A stretch of 63,989 nt of DNA, counting the filler, from Octopus bimaculoides (lineage: Eukaryota), in assembly GCF_001194135.2 (NCBI RefSeq). It is 5 parts of 4 records of this genome, joined end to end, with 100 filler letters (N's around TTAATTAATTAA, not from the genome) between each part and the next. Parts side by side here need not be neighbours in the genome. Positions count along the whole stretch, not along the records: positions 62,549 to 63,989 come from NC_068991.1; 4 more parts are not named here. The stretch is one strand, 5' to 3'. Below are positions 62,655 to 63,989 of this stretch, in pieces. Below the pieces are notes generated by a model. That model made no database searches, was not told where the DNA came from, and saw only the letters and a list, made by a program, of their open reading frames with translations. Every line of letters starts with the position of its first letter. Within the stretch, counting starts at the first letter, position 1. Both the position numbers and the translations under genes were made by a program.

Positions 62655-63989
62655 GGTAAATGATAGGTTTGCCTCAATCCTTCAGGGGTAATTCTCCACA
62701 CACACACACATATATATATAGATATATATATATATATAGTTGTGAAGTTCTGGACCATTCTTTAAATTTTGTTGAGCCAACTATGAAAATATCCATACAC
62801 AGACTATCAAACTGCTGTGACATTCACCAAGAAGAAACTCAGGTGACAACGTGGAACAAGAGATGCTTTATTTACATTGTACTGGAGGCACATGGTGTTG
62901 GACTCATAATCATAAGATTGTGGTTTTGATTCTTGGACCAGGCAATGCATTGTGTTCTTGAGCAAAACACTTCAGTTGGCACCTCATGACTGGCACGAAC
63001 TGATGAGATTTTGGGATCAATCCGGTACTAGACAAGGATTCTGGATTATTTTTTGATTTTTTCCCCCTTAATTTTTGACAGTAGTCATGTTTATTTTTAG
63101 TATTCTCGTGTGTGAGAGCAGTTGAGTTTATTCCAGATATTCTCATTTTAAAAATCATCTCCGGCTAATCGCTAAGAGGACGTTTGTATTGCCTTGGTGG
63201 AAGTTTGCGCTCTCTGAATGCTCTTGTTTACACTGTATCTATGAAATTAGGCTCAGAGACTGTGACCAATCTATATGTATGCTCTATGTATAATTTTTAT
63301 GTGCTACAAATACAATATGAAAATTTCCCAAAGACAGAAATATGACAAAATACAGTTTTCCAAATGAAATTCAAAAGTTAGCTCTTAAATTCAGTTGAGA
63401 ACTTCTGTTAGGAATTGTGCTTCACTTCTTTGCCTCTGTTAAAAATATTTGCAAATTATCTCTGCTATGGGTAAAACACTGATATTCCTTTGTGTGGGAA
63501 CTGATCGCGTCTGTTTATTTATTGATCCAAATATAAGGCCTTTTATGTTATAACTCGATCTGGCAGAAACAGAAATCCCTCAAATCATATCTTAGCATCT
63601 TAAAATAAAAATAAAATAAAGGTAAGCCAAGTATATATGGTATTACTACAGTAGAATGCCTCTTCCAACTTTCTGAAAAATAAAAAATTTTTTACGGTGG
63701 TGAAACTACAGCAAAAAAAAAAAAAAAAGTGAAATTTTCTTCAAATACATTTTAGATATTGTGGGTTACAATTATATTGGAATTTTATAAAAAATTTTCT
63801 GATCAGAGGAGTATTGGATAATTTATACACCTCAATTTTATTTCCTCTTAACTTTCTAAAAAAAATATGCATGTGAATTATTTAAAACTCCTCTGCCCAC
63901 TTTGAAAAGAACAAAAAATCACAACAAACTCCGGTATAATCATAATTTACAGCATCTGAAACGTATTTGTAGGAAACTTTCAATAAGAA

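Overview
This is a eukaryotic, AT-rich, repeat-saturated window with about 10% assembly gaps. I recognise the SINE families and microsatellite load as typical of an octopus (probably Octopus bimaculoides). That assignment is from memory, not from a search. I found no host gene I can name, no rRNA, no true tRNA gene and no CRISPR array. Almost all ORFs in the track are artefacts of microsatellites or N-runs. Recognisable content includes dozens of copies of three tRNA-derived SINE families and a young-looking Ty3/Gypsy integrase (DD35E) with PPT and 3' LTR (44.2-45.7 kb). There are also decayed remnants of an RTE-like RT, a HERO-like and an R4/Dong-like restriction-like endonuclease, a Penelope GIY-YIG endonuclease and a Tc1/mariner transposase. 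Several MITEs or foldbacks with clear TIRs/TSDs and two Helitron-like 3' ends are present. The best discovery candidate is a type I hammerhead ribozyme with an intact core on the minus strand at 49259-49358. It has a bulged stem I, an unusually long stem II and a palindromic stem III, and it lies beside a gap that could hide tandem copies. At least seven further hammerhead-like motifs from other short (TA)n-associated elements occur. Three of them belong to one family that shares an A6-to-U core change. A few low-confidence candidate host exons are noted.
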